A stretch of 64,000 nt of DNA, taken from contig CAXWPL010000004.1 in NCBI GenBank assembly GCA_963666215.2, positions 32,001 through 96,000 of the forward strand, written 5' to 3'. The DNA comes from Acidobacteriota bacterium. GTDB taxonomy: Bacteria; Acidobacteriota; UBA890; WLXD01. How positions within the stretch are numbered: the first letter of the stretch is position 1; every line of letters begins with the position of its first letter. The notes under the pieces are model-generated. The model saw nothing but the letters and a program-made list of their open reading frames with translations. It did not search any database and was not told where the DNA came from. A program made the translations under genes and the position numbers. Of the stretch, positions 35,630 through 45,048 are shown in pieces.

Positions 35630-38600
35630 CCGCGTTCGCCGGGCTCATGCGACGCACCCGAGTCGAGCCCGGGTCGAAGCACAGGGGCGCCGCGGGGAAG
35701 TCGCCCGGGCTCGAGGTTGCAGAGCAGAGCTTTCGACTCGTGGATCGACACGTTGGGCTCGCCGAGAAGAGGGATCAAGTCGTTGGCGCTATCGCCCGTC
35801 ACGAGCCCTCGCCGCCCCCAGTGGAACGGCATGGCGACCTGATGAATCGTTCGAAAGTGCGAAGCGACGGAATCGCTGGTCGTGGCCGATTGGATGGAAT
35901 AGGACGGGTCGGCCGGATCAGGGCGAGGCGAATCGGACGGAGTGGCGGGATCGACCGGACCGATCGTACCGGCGACCCTCAGCTGCGTATCGATCCGCAG
36001 CGGTCGGATTCGACGGGTGACGAGAGCCCGCGCCTCGATCGCACCTCGCGGCGTCCGCACAACCACCCAATCGCTGTGACTCACGCCCACCTCCTCGGCC
36101 AGCTCGGGCGAGATCTCGCAGAACATCTCGGGTTGCAACTCGGCGAGACGCGAAAGCCAGCGCGACATCCCGCCGGCGGTGTGATGCTCGGTCAACCGAT
36201 ACGTTGTCAAAGCGTACGGATAGGCGGGGTCGCCGCTCGTGATGAGCGGGTTGTCGGGCCGCTCGAAACGCTCGGCGGCCGGGTTCGCCGCCTGCCCTGG
36301 GTACAACAGGTTACCCGTGGGCGACTCCACAGGCTCGTAGTGCGTCGGCAGCGGGCCGTCTTTGAGACCGATCGGCGCGAACAGCCAGGCCACACCGTCT
36401 GGCTGCATCAGGAAGGGTGACGTGCCCGCATGACCATCAAGACCGCTGAGGCCGTCCAGACCCTCTGGAGCCGGCCGTGCGGCCCCTGCCGCGATGTCGC
36501 TCTTTGCTGAGACTCCCGAGGCTCGGGGCCGTCCCGGTCGATAGTGAGGCGACTTGTCGACCGGAAAGTCGGGCGTATCGAACCCCCTCCAGCGCGCCTC
36601 GGCGGGGTCCCACCAAATCAGCTTCTTGCGCTCACTCCACGGCCGCCCCTCGGGGTCGGCGGAGGCGCGGTTGTACAGAATGCGACGATCGGCGGGCCAC
36701 GTGAATCCCCAACCGTGGCCGTAGCGGCCCTTCGGCTTCCTTTCGGCCGCACGGTTGCGGCCTTTCGACGGATAGACACCCGAGTAGATCCAGCAGCCGC
36801 AAGCAGTCGAGCCGTCGCCTCGCAGCTCGCTGAATCCAGCCACCGGGGCGCCATCACCGAATCGATAGCCGTTGATCTCTATGACGACCTGCTCGATCTT
36901 CGGCTCCAGGTACGCGCCTTCGAGCTCGTAGTCCCACGTCAGGGCCAACAGAGGCGCGTCCGCGCCTGTTGCGGCTTCGGCATTGGCCTTGGCCTCGGCT
37001 CTCGCTCGCGCCCGCAAGCGTCGCCCCAAGTGGACGATAAACCAGGCCTCGCTGCGGGCGTCGCCCGGTGGGTCAACGGCCTTTTCGCGCCACTGCAGCA
37101 GGCGCTGCGTGTTGGTGAAGGTCCCCTCCTTTTCGGCGTGGCCGGCTGCCGGCATGAGGAAGACCTCGGTACCGATCTCCCGGGTCCGCAGCTCACCGCG
37201 CTCGATTTCCGGGCTGTCGTACCAGAAGGCAGCCGTTTCGGTTTCGACGAGGTCGCGAACCACCAACCAGTCGAGCTGGGCCAGCGCCCGGCGCTCGAGG
37301 CGGCTGTTCTGACCGCCCACCGCCGGGTTCTGTCCCATGATGAACATGCCCTCCATCTTGTTGTCGGCCATGTCGCAGAAGGTCGGGAAGTGCGAGTGGT
37401 CACCGCAGATGCGCGGCAACAGCCCGAAGCCCCAGTCGTTGTCGGCGCGGGCGGCATCGCCGTACCAGGCGCGCAGCAGGCTGACCATGTAGGTCTCGGT
37501 GTGGGCCCACCATCCCAGGCGGTTGCCGTGACGTGAGACGTACGCGGCCAAAGTGTCGTCACCTTCGTGGCTCAACGCTTCGGGCATCTTCAGGTAGCCC
37601 GGGAGGATGTCGTACAGCGTCGGGATATCGGTGGAGCCCTGGATCGACGCGTGCCCACGCAACGCCATGATCCCGCCCCCGGGGCGGCCGATATTGCCGA
37701 GCAGTAGCTGCAAGATCGCGGCGGATCGAATGACCTGCACGCCCTTCGTGTGCTGCGTCCAGCCGAGCGCGTAACAGATCGCCGTCGTTCGCTCGCGTCC
37801 CGAGTTGTCGCACAGCTCCTGGGCGATACGGTGGAACGTCTTCTGGGGAACGCCGCAGGCACGCTCCACCATCTCGGGCGTGTAGCGCGCGAAATGGCGC
37901 CGCAGGATCTGGAAGACGCAGTTGTGGTGCCGAAGACTGGGATCACGCGCGCCGCTGCCGCCGGCTACCGCGCGATCTCGGGGGCTGCCGACGTCGGCAC
38001 CGTTATTCGAAAGGATCGGGTTCTTCTGGGACGTGGGGTCGTTCTGGGAACTCGCGTCCTTCGCAACCACGGGCTCGTTGGGGGAGTGCGGAGCCGGAGC
38101 ACCAGCGTCGTAGAACCAGCTTGCCGGGTCGTAGCTCTTGCTCGCCGGATCCCAGCCGGAGAACAGTCCGTCGAGCTGTTCCGTATCGACGTAGCCGCGT
38201 CCGACAATCGCCGCGGCGTTGGTGTAGTTGACCACGTAGTCGCGGAAATAGCGCTCGTGCTCGAGCACGTAGCGAATCAGGCCGCCGAGAAAGACGATGT
38301 CGGTGCCGACGCGCAGCGGAGCCCAGATGTCGGCCATCGCCGACGTGCGCGAAAAGCGCGGATCGACGTGAATGATCGTCGCACCGCGCTCCTTGGCCCG
38401 CATCACCCAGCGGAACCCCACCGGGTGAGCCTCGGCCATCGAGGAGCCCTGGATCAGCACACAGTCGGCGTGCTCGAGGTCCATCAAGGAGCTAGTGGCT
38501 CCGCCGCGCCCCAGCGTAGTGCCCAGACCGGGCACGGTGGAGGAGTGTCATGTTCGGGCTTGATTCGAGACGGCGACCATCCCGAGCCCGCCGGTGAACA

Positions 38601-39147
38601 GCTTCTTGATGAGGTAGTTCTCTTCGTTGTCGAGCGTGGCGCCGCCGAGGTGCCCCATCGCGGTCGTGTGGTTGAGATAACGACCGTCGCGGCTCTTGAC
38701 CAGGCTGCGCCTTCGCGTTGCCCATACGCGATCGGCAATCATGTCCATCGCCTGCTCGAGCGGGATCTCCTCCCACTCTGTGGCGCGGGCGGCACGGTAC
38801 TTCACCCGCGTTTCGCGGCCCGGATGCGTGAGCAGCTCGTACGAGGCAGCTCCTTTGGGGCACAGCGCTCCAGCGGAAATCGGCGACTCGGGGTCGCCCT
38901 CGATCGAGATCAACTCGTTGTCGCGCGAGCGCACCAGTTGGCCGCAGCCTACGGCGCAGTAGGGGCAAACGGAGCGGCTGACCTTCGTGCCCTGGAGGCG
39001 CGAGCCCAGGTTCCGCGTACGCTCGCTGAACGCCTCGGGGCCGGTGCCGTTGCCGCCGTCGAGCAGCTGGCGCAGCAACGGCCAGCGTCGCAAGCTCCCG
39101 GAAAGAGTCCGATCAGCCACGGCGGACCGCCGAAGTCGGGCCGGCAC
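35626..39147 (-). CDS. selenocysteine-containing formate dehydrogenase alpha subunit (Mo/W-bisPGD); start may be 39120
   Basis: ORFs 38548-39147 and 35626-38535 are in frame and joined by TGA 38550-38548 in NQART-U-HSSTVPGL; CPYCAVGC..CPKG; downstream SECIS-like hairpin. Confidence 0.93.
38519..38535 (-). promoter_or_regulatory. SECIS element of FDH alpha
   Basis: UGA + 12 nt, then GUGCCC-GGUCU-GGGCAC; GGUCU as in the E. coli fdhF SECIS. Confidence 0.85.
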
Positions 39148-39180
39148 GTCGACTCTCGAGCTGCACAGCGTTGGCGATGG

Positions 39181-40053
39181 TCAAGACATACGTTCCTCAC
39201 CCGCGTACACCACCAGACGCCGGCCGCGGACGAAGCCGGCAAGCGCCATATTACTTTCACGAGCGAGCTGCACGGCCAGGCTGGATGCGGCCGACACGCC
39301 AGCGAGCACGGGGATCCTCGCCACCAGCGCCTTCTGGACGATCTCGAACGACGTCCGTCCCGACACGATCAACAGGTGATCGTGCAAACCCCGCCACGTG
39401 TCGTCCGCAAGCAAAGCATGGCCGATGACTTTATCGACGGCGTTGTGCCGACCAACGTCTTCGCGCAGCACGCGCAGGCTGCCGTCGAGACCGAAGAGCG
39501 CGGCCGCGTGGAGTCCGCCTGTCTCTTGGAACACCGGTTGCTCGGCGCTCAGGCGGTCCGCAGCCTCGAGCAGGACGGTATGCGGGATCCGACTGATCCT
39601 TCGACAGCCCTCCGCGTCGTCCGCCGAGCCGAACCCATCGGGCAGTGGATCGGCGTGCTGTTGAATCGCCTCGATACTCGCCTTGCCGCAGATACCGCAC
39701 GACGAGGCCGCATAGAAATTGCGCTGCCAGCCGGCCGCAGGCTCCTCGCCGTCCACCAGCTCGACCTCGACCAGGTTCTCGCCGTTGAGGCTCAGCTCGT
39801 CGGCGTCGCCACAGTGCGAGATCGTACCGATTTGACCCGGCGCAACAATGCCCTCCGTAAACAGGAAGCCAGCGACAAGCTCGGCATCGTGCCCGGGCGT
39901 ACGCATGACCACAGCAACCGCCTCACCCTGCAAACGGATCTCACAGGGCTCCTCGACGGCAAGGCGGTCGTCGTTTGCGGTGCGTTGCCCGTCGCGCCAC
40001 TCGAGTACCCGTGCCGCCAGCGAGCGAGGCGTAGATCCTCGAGCATCGTTCAC
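39181..40053 (-). CDS. fdhD: formate dehydrogenase accessory sulfurtransferase
   Basis: AVEEP, MRTPG, SSCGICG, TGGLHAA, EDVGRHNAVDK, SGRTSFE. Confidence 0.95.
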   Translation of the reverse strand: MNDARGSTPRSLAARVLEWRDGQRTANDDRLAVEEPCEIRLQGEAVAVVMRTPGHDAELVAGFLFTEGIVAPGQIGTISHCGDADELSLNGENLVEVELVDGEEPAAGWQRNFYAASSCGICGKASIEAIQQHADPLPDGFGSADDAEGCRRISRIPHTVLLEAADRLSAEQPVFQETGGLHAAALFGLDGSLRVLREDVGRHNAVDKVIGHALLADDTWRGLHDHLLIVSGRTSFEIVQKALVARIPVLAGVSAASSLAVQLARESNMALAGFVRGRRLVVYAGEERMS

Positions 40054-41252
40054 GGCGCGGAGGGTGCGGGCCTACCCGTGGCAACCACGGCTTCGATGTC
40101 CGCGAGCAGCTCCTCGGCGGTCCAGGTGTTGCCAACGTGGATCTTCGCGACGAGCCCGGCACGGTCGACGATAACGATCCGTAGCGAGTGTGCAAACTCG
40201 CCGCGCTCGGGGACGAACCGCAGGCCCACGAGCTGAGTGAGCTCACGCAGCTCGTTCAGGGTCGTGGTGGCGAATCGCCAGCGGTCGAACGGCTGGTCGC
40301 CATCCGCTAGGTAGCGCAACCCGTACTCGCGTAGCACTGCCGGGGTGTCGTTGTCGACATCGATGGTGATCGACAGCAGCTGCGTGCCGGCGCCGTACGT
40401 CTCTGGCTGCCTGCCGATAGCCTCGTGCGCTGCGGCCAGTCGCTGCGACATGCGCGGACAGAAGTCGGGCAGCGGGCAGCGTGTGTAGATGAAGGAAAAC
40501 ACCAGCACCTCGCCACGGTAGTCCTCGAGCCTGAGCCCGTTCTCGTCTTGATCGATGAGCCCGATCGCTGGCAAGGCTGTGCCGGGCTCGGCAATCGGCA
40601 CGGTCTCTACGACGCGATTCTCGGCTGGGCGCCAAACAACGGCGTTCGCGAGCCGGCTGCTGCCGGGTTCGGTGTTCGCGACCGCGCCCACCTGGCCACC
40701 GTCAGTGTCACCGCCGTCGCCGGTCGAGAGCTCCTCGTCCGGCGCCGCGGGAACCACCAGCTCGGCGCGAAGCCGCGCACCCGGCGCCGCCGTCTCGAGT
40801 AGCCAGTCGCCCCGAGCACCCACACCGAAGTCCATCGTCATGGCCGGCATGAGGCCCTCGATCGGCTCGTGCGCCAGCGTGATCAATCGGCGCTCCGCGT
40901 CCACGGCAACAACTTCGCCTTCAATCGGGAAACGAGACTCCTGCCCGGCGACCGTCAGATCGACAAGGTCAGAGCCGCCCTCTGCGGAGTCTGAGCTCGG
41001 AGCACCAGCGGAGTCGACCGCATCGGGTGCGGTTCTACACGCCACGGAGCCGAGTACGGGAAACGCCAGCACTAGCGCCAGCACCGCCGCCGAGACCGAC
41101 GCCGGAGCCGGGGTCGAGGCCGAGGTCGGAGCCGGGGTCGAGGCCGAGGTCGGAGCCGGGGCCGGAGCCGAGGTCGGGGCAGGGGCAGGGGCAGGGGCAG
41201 GGGCAGGGGCAGGGGCAGGGGTAGGATCTTGTTCCACGGACGGGGTCAGCAT
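40050..41252 (-). CDS. CusF-like copper-binding + SCO domain lipoprotein
   Basis: Lipobox SVA-C; HEPIEGLMPAMTMDF; FIYTRCPLPDFCP; HSL. Confidence 0.88.
   Translation of the reverse strand: MLTPSVEQDPTPAPAPAPAPAPAPAPTSAPAPAPTSASTPAPTSASTPAPASVSAAVLALVLAFPVLGSVACRTAPDAVDSAGAPSSDSAEGGSDLVDLTVAGQESRFPIEGEVVAVDAERRLITLAHEPIEGLMPAMTMDFGVGARGDWLLETAAPGARLRAELVVPAAPDEELSTGDGGDTDGGQVGAVANTEPGSSRLANAVVWRPAENRVVETVPIAEPGTALPAIGLIDQDENGLRLEDYRGEVLVFSFIYTRCPLPDFCPRMSQRLAAAHEAIGRQPETYGAGTQLLSITIDVDNDTPAVLREYGLRYLADGDQPFDRWRFATTTLNELRELTQLVGLRFVPERGEFAHSLRIVIVDRAGLVAKIHVGNTWTAEELLADIEAVVATGRPAPSAP
41103..41223. repeat. coding VNTR: 24-bp unit x2 plus (GGGGCA)x7
   Basis: GGGGCA x7 at 41176-41217; encodes the PAPAPA/PTSAST stretch. 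Confidence 0.9.
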
Positions 41253-41254
41253 GC

Positions 41255-43681
41255 TCACAGGCCCATCGTAGCCCGCTGCGGCCACGGGTCGGGGTAGATC
41301 CGCCCGGCTCCAGCGGCCGAGGCGACCCAGGTGCGCAGTTGCGCAGGAACGGCGAATCGAGCCGGATTACCCGACGTCTTGTCGACCAGGTCAGCGAGAC
41401 GATCACACACCTCTTGCAGGCCGCGTGCTTCGGCGTAGCGGAACAGGCCACCCCGGAAGGGGGCGAAGCCGGTTCCAAAGACCATGGCGAGATCGGCCTC
41501 GAGCGGGCCCGCGACAATTCCCTCCTCGAGAGCCCTCGTGGCCTCCGCGAGCATCACCAGCACGCAGCGATCGACGATTACGTCGCGCTCTCTTGATCGC
41601 GCGCCGTTCGCCCCGTGGCCTCCGCGCCCTGCCCCACCGCGCGAGCCCGTGAACAGGCGCTCGATCTCGGGATCGGGCTTCGGCTCGTGCTTTCGCTTGT
41701 CGGAGTAGACGTAGAAGCCGCGCCCTCCCTTGCGCCCCACGAGCTCGAGATCAATCAAGCGGCCCAGCGCCGGTGCGCGCTGCATGCGATCGCCGAAGGC
41801 CTCCTCCATGACCATCGAGGCCTTGCCGGCGACGTCGAGGCCGACCTCGTCGAGGAGGCGTAGCGGTCCCATCGGCATGCCGAAATCGCGCAGCGCGGCG
41901 TCGATGGTGGCAATCGGCACGCCCTCCTCGAGGAGCAGCAAGGCCTCGTTGAAGTACGGCGCCAGCACACGGTTGACGAAGAATCCGGGCGCGTCAGCGA
42001 CGATGATCGGCACCTTACCCATGGCGACAGCGAAAGCAACGGTGGTCGCAATGGCCTCGGAACTCGAGTGCTCGCCACGCACCACCTCAACCAACGGCAT
42101 CTTGTGTACCGGGTTGAAGAAGTGCAGCCCCACCAGTCGACCCGGGTCGCGTAGCGCGTCACTCATCGCCGACAGGGTTAGCGACGACGTGTTCGTCGCC
42201 AGCACGGTGTCGGGCCCGGCGGCGGCCTCGACGTCGGCCAGCACTGCCCGCTTGATCCGTAGGTCCTCGACAACTGCCTCGATCACCAGATCGGCGCGAC
42301 GAAAACCCGAGTACTCGACCGTGGGCGAAATCAGCTGCATGCGCGTTGCGGCTTCGGCAGGGCTGAGCTTGCCCGAGCGGCGGCGCTCCTCGAATCGTCG
42401 ATGCGCAACCCGCATGGCGGTTGCCAGCGGGGCGCGCGCGATGTCTTTGAGTCGCACCGGCAGCCCCTGATACGCCCCGAGCTGGGCGATGCCACCTCCC
42501 ATGACACCCGCACCAATGACGCCGAGTTGCCGCACACCGGGTTGGGGTTGGCGCGCCGGCCGCGCCGCTGCGGTCGCGGTCACGTTCGGTGCGTCCTCGC
42601 GTGCGCCGCCGGCCGAGCGCTCCACCCGGCCCGTACGACGAGACGCCTGCCGCAAGAAAAAGAGCCCGACCAGGTTGCGGGCAACGTCGGAGACCACGAG
42701 CTGCCCCAGCAGCTCGGCCTCGTGACGCAGGCCGTTTTCGAGAGAGCCGCGCAGGCCGGTGCGCACCGCGTCGATCGCCATCGGCGGGGCCGGATAGTGA
42801 CCTGCCGCCTGCTTGGCCGTGCGCCGCGTCGCCTGCCAGAAAAGAAATGCCCGGCCAATCAGATTCCCCTCGAGCGCCCAGCGGCGCAGACGGGCGGGCA
42901 GCGCTCGATCTTCCGGGGGCCGCCGCCGGCCGCGCCGTTTCGACGGGCCGGGTCCGCTCGCACGCGTCTTGCTACTGGCACGGCCTGGCCCGTGTTCGTC
43001 GAGCAGGCGTCGGGCCTCACGATGCAACAGCGGCGCGGGGACAACCGCGTCCACCAGGCCGTAGCGCAGGGCCCGGCGCGCATCGAGCGAGCGCCCCGTG
43101 AGGATCGTCGTCAGGGCACGCTCGATCGACATCAGTCGAGGCAAGCGTTGCGTACCGCCGAACCCCGGGATGATCCCGAGCGTGACTTCGGGGAGGCCAA
43201 TCTCGACGGCGCTCGCGTCGGACGCCACTCGATATGTGCATGCCAGAGCCAGCTCGGTGCCGCCGCCGAGGCAGGTGCCGTTGATCGCCGCCACACTCGG
43301 CACCGGCAAGTCTGCGAGAAGCTGGAAGGCACGCTGCCCTTCTCGAGCCCCGGCCCTGCCCTCCGACGCGGTCTTCACCGCCGCAATCGAGCCCACATCC
43401 ATCCCGGCGATGAACGAAGTGCTCTTGGCCGAGCTCACCACGACACCCACCACGTCGCCGGCACGAGCGGCGGCGCGGACGTCGCCCATCAATCGCACCC
43501 AGCGACGCAGCAGCTCGGCCGTGAGCCTGTTGTGCTCGCTCTCCGGCTGATCGAACTCGAGGATCGCGATGCCCTTGTCATCGATCTCCAAGCTCAGCCC
43601 GGCACCCGAGATGGCGCGCTCGGAGTTGGTGGTGGCGCTGTGATGATTCGAGTTGCTTCGGCTCACGCGATCGTCGGGCAT
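41255..43681 (-). CDS. fadJ: fatty acid oxidation complex alpha subunit (enoyl-CoA hydratase/3-hydroxyacyl-CoA dehydrogenase)
   Basis: FIAGMD, CLGGGTELALAC, GLPEV.LG..PGFGGTQRLPR, GAGVMGGGI, TNTSS, HFFNPV. Confidence 0.88.
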   Translation of the reverse strand: MPDDRVSRSNSNHHSATTNSERAISGAGLSLEIDDKGIAILEFDQPESEHNRLTAELLRRWVRLMGDVRAAARAGDVVGVVVSSAKSTSFIAGMDVGSIAAVKTASEGRAGAREGQRAFQLLADLPVPSVAAINGTCLGGGTELALACTYRVASDASAVEIGLPEVTLGIIPGFGGTQRLPRLMSIERALTTILTGRSLDARRALRYGLVDAVVPAPLLHREARRLLDEHGPGRASSKTRASGPGPSKRRGRRRPPEDRALPARLRRWALEGNLIGRAFLFWQATRRTAKQAAGHYPAPPMAIDAVRTGLRGSLENGLRHEAELLGQLVVSDVARNLVGLFFLRQASRRTGRVERSAGGAREDAPNVTATAAARPARQPQPGVRQLGVIGAGVMGGGIAQLGAYQGLPVRLKDIARAPLATAMRVAHRRFEERRRSGKLSPAEAATRMQLISPTVEYSGFRRADLVIEAVVEDLRIKRAVLADVEAAAGPDTVLATNTSSLTLSAMSDALRDPGRLVGLHFFNPVHKMPLVEVVRGEHSSSEAIATTVAFAVAMGKVPIIVADAPGFFVNRVLAPYFNEALLLLEEGVPIATIDAALRDFGMPMGPLRLLDEVGLDVAGKASMVMEEAFGDRMQRAPALGRLIDLELVGRKGGRGFYVYSDKRKHEPKPDPEIERLFTGSRGGAGRGGHGANGARSRERDVIVDRCVLVMLAEATRALEEGIVAGPLEADLAMVFGTGFAPFRGGLFRYAEARGLQEVCDRLADLVDKTSGNPARFAVPAQLRTWVASAAGAGRIYPDPWPQRATMGL

Positions 43682-43685
43682 CGAA

Positions 43686-45005
43686 TCACCGCTCCAAGAC
43701 AATCGCGCCGCCCTGGCCGCCGCCAATGCAGAGCGTGGCGAGCCCGCGATGCGTATCGCGGCGGGCGAGCTCGTGCAGCAATGTGATCACGAGCCGCGCA
43801 CCTGTCGCGCCAACGGGATGCCCGAGCGCAATCGCACCGCCGTTGACGTTGAGGCGCTGGGGATCGATCTCGCCCAGCGCCACCGTGCTCAATAGCCCTC
43901 CGAGCTCATCACGCGCGAACGACGAGGAACGTAGGCAGAGCAAGCAGGCCAGTACCTGAACAGCGAAAGCCTCGTTGATCTCCACCAAATCCATATCCCC
44001 GAGCCTGCGACCGGCTTCTTTGAGCGCCATGGGCGTGGCGTAGCAAGGGCCCAGCCCCATGCGCCGTGGCGAGAGCCCCGCCCAGGCGTAGCCCGCCACG
44101 CGCCCGAGCGGCTCGTAGCCCAGCTCCCGCGCCATGTCGGCGTCCATCACCAGGGTCACGGCGGCGCCGTCGGTAACCATGCAGGCATTCCCGGGCGTCA
44201 CCGTGCCGAAGCGACGGTCGAACGCCGGGCGCAACTTGCCGAGCGCCTCGAGACTCTGGTCGGGGCGCGGCCCAACGTCCGCCTCCACGGCGTCGCTGTA
44301 GGTGGGCGGCATCAGCACCGGGATGCGCTCGTCGTTGAACCGGCCGGCCTCCTCGGCAGCGGCGGCGCGCTGATGACTGCGGAGCGCGAACGCGTCTTGC
44401 TGGTCGCGGTCGATGCCGAACTCCTTGGCGAGCACATCGGCGGTCTCCCCCATGTTGAGCCCGCACACAGGATCGGTGAGGCCGCGCGCCAGCGAGATCA
44501 CCGGCTTGAAGTCCCGCGGTCGAAATCGCGCCAGCGCGCGCAAGCGACTGGCCGTATCGCGCGAGCGCGCCAATACCTCGAAGATCCGCACCGCGCTGTG
44601 GCGAAAGACCAAGGGGTAGTTGCTCATCGACTCCACGCCGCCCGCAATCAACAGGCGTGCTCGCCCCGAGCGGATGCGCTCGGTGGCGGTGGTGATGGCC
44701 TCGAGAGCAGAGCCGCAGTTGCGCTGTACCGTCACCGCTGGCGTGCGCTGCGGCAAGTTCGCCCGCAGCGCCACCACGCGGGCAACGTTGGCGGCGTCGA
44801 TGGGGTTGCCGGCGCAACCGAGAATCACCTCGTCGACACGCTCCGGATCGAGATCGGCTGTGTGCAGCAGCTCCACAACAGCCTGGCGGCCCAGCTCGAC
44901 CGCCGACACGTCGCGCAACGCGCCGCCGATCTTGGCGAAGACCGTGCGCAGCCCATGCGTAATGACAACGTCGGGCCGCCGGGTCTGCAGCGCGGGAGAG
45001 CTCAC
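43686..45005 (-). CDS. fadI: acetyl-CoA C-acyltransferase (thiolase)
   Basis: TVQRNCGS, GGVESMS, NEAFA, GHPVGATG, CIGGGQG. Confidence 0.88.
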   Translation of the reverse strand: MSSPALQTRRPDVVITHGLRTVFAKIGGALRDVSAVELGRQAVVELLHTADLDPERVDEVILGCAGNPIDAANVARVVALRANLPQRTPAVTVQRNCGSALEAITTATERIRSGRARLLIAGGVESMSNYPLVFRHSAVRIFEVLARSRDTASRLRALARFRPRDFKPVISLARGLTDPVCGLNMGETADVLAKEFGIDRDQQDAFALRSHQRAAAAEEAGRFNDERIPVLMPPTYSDAVEADVGPRPDQSLEALGKLRPAFDRRFGTVTPGNACMVTDGAAVTLVMDADMARELGYEPLGRVAGYAWAGLSPRRMGLGPCYATPMALKEAGRRLGDMDLVEINEAFAVQVLACLLCLRSSSFARDELGGLLSTVALGEIDPQRLNVNGGAIALGHPVGATGARLVITLLHELARRDTHRGLATLCIGGGQGGAIVLER

Positions 45006-45048
45006 CAGCCGCGACCGCTCTTCACACCGCCGCTCTTCATGACGCTCC

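Noticed and set aside
38548-38550. FDH alpha as a nonsense pseudogene or two genes
   Set aside because: TGA sits at the catalytic Sec position and is followed by a SECIS-like hairpin
37750-40236. 828-aa plus-strand ORF (also 42401-43786, 51015-52214, 33060-34220 and others)
   Set aside because: Antisense shadows of well-supported genes in high-GC DNA; no motifs
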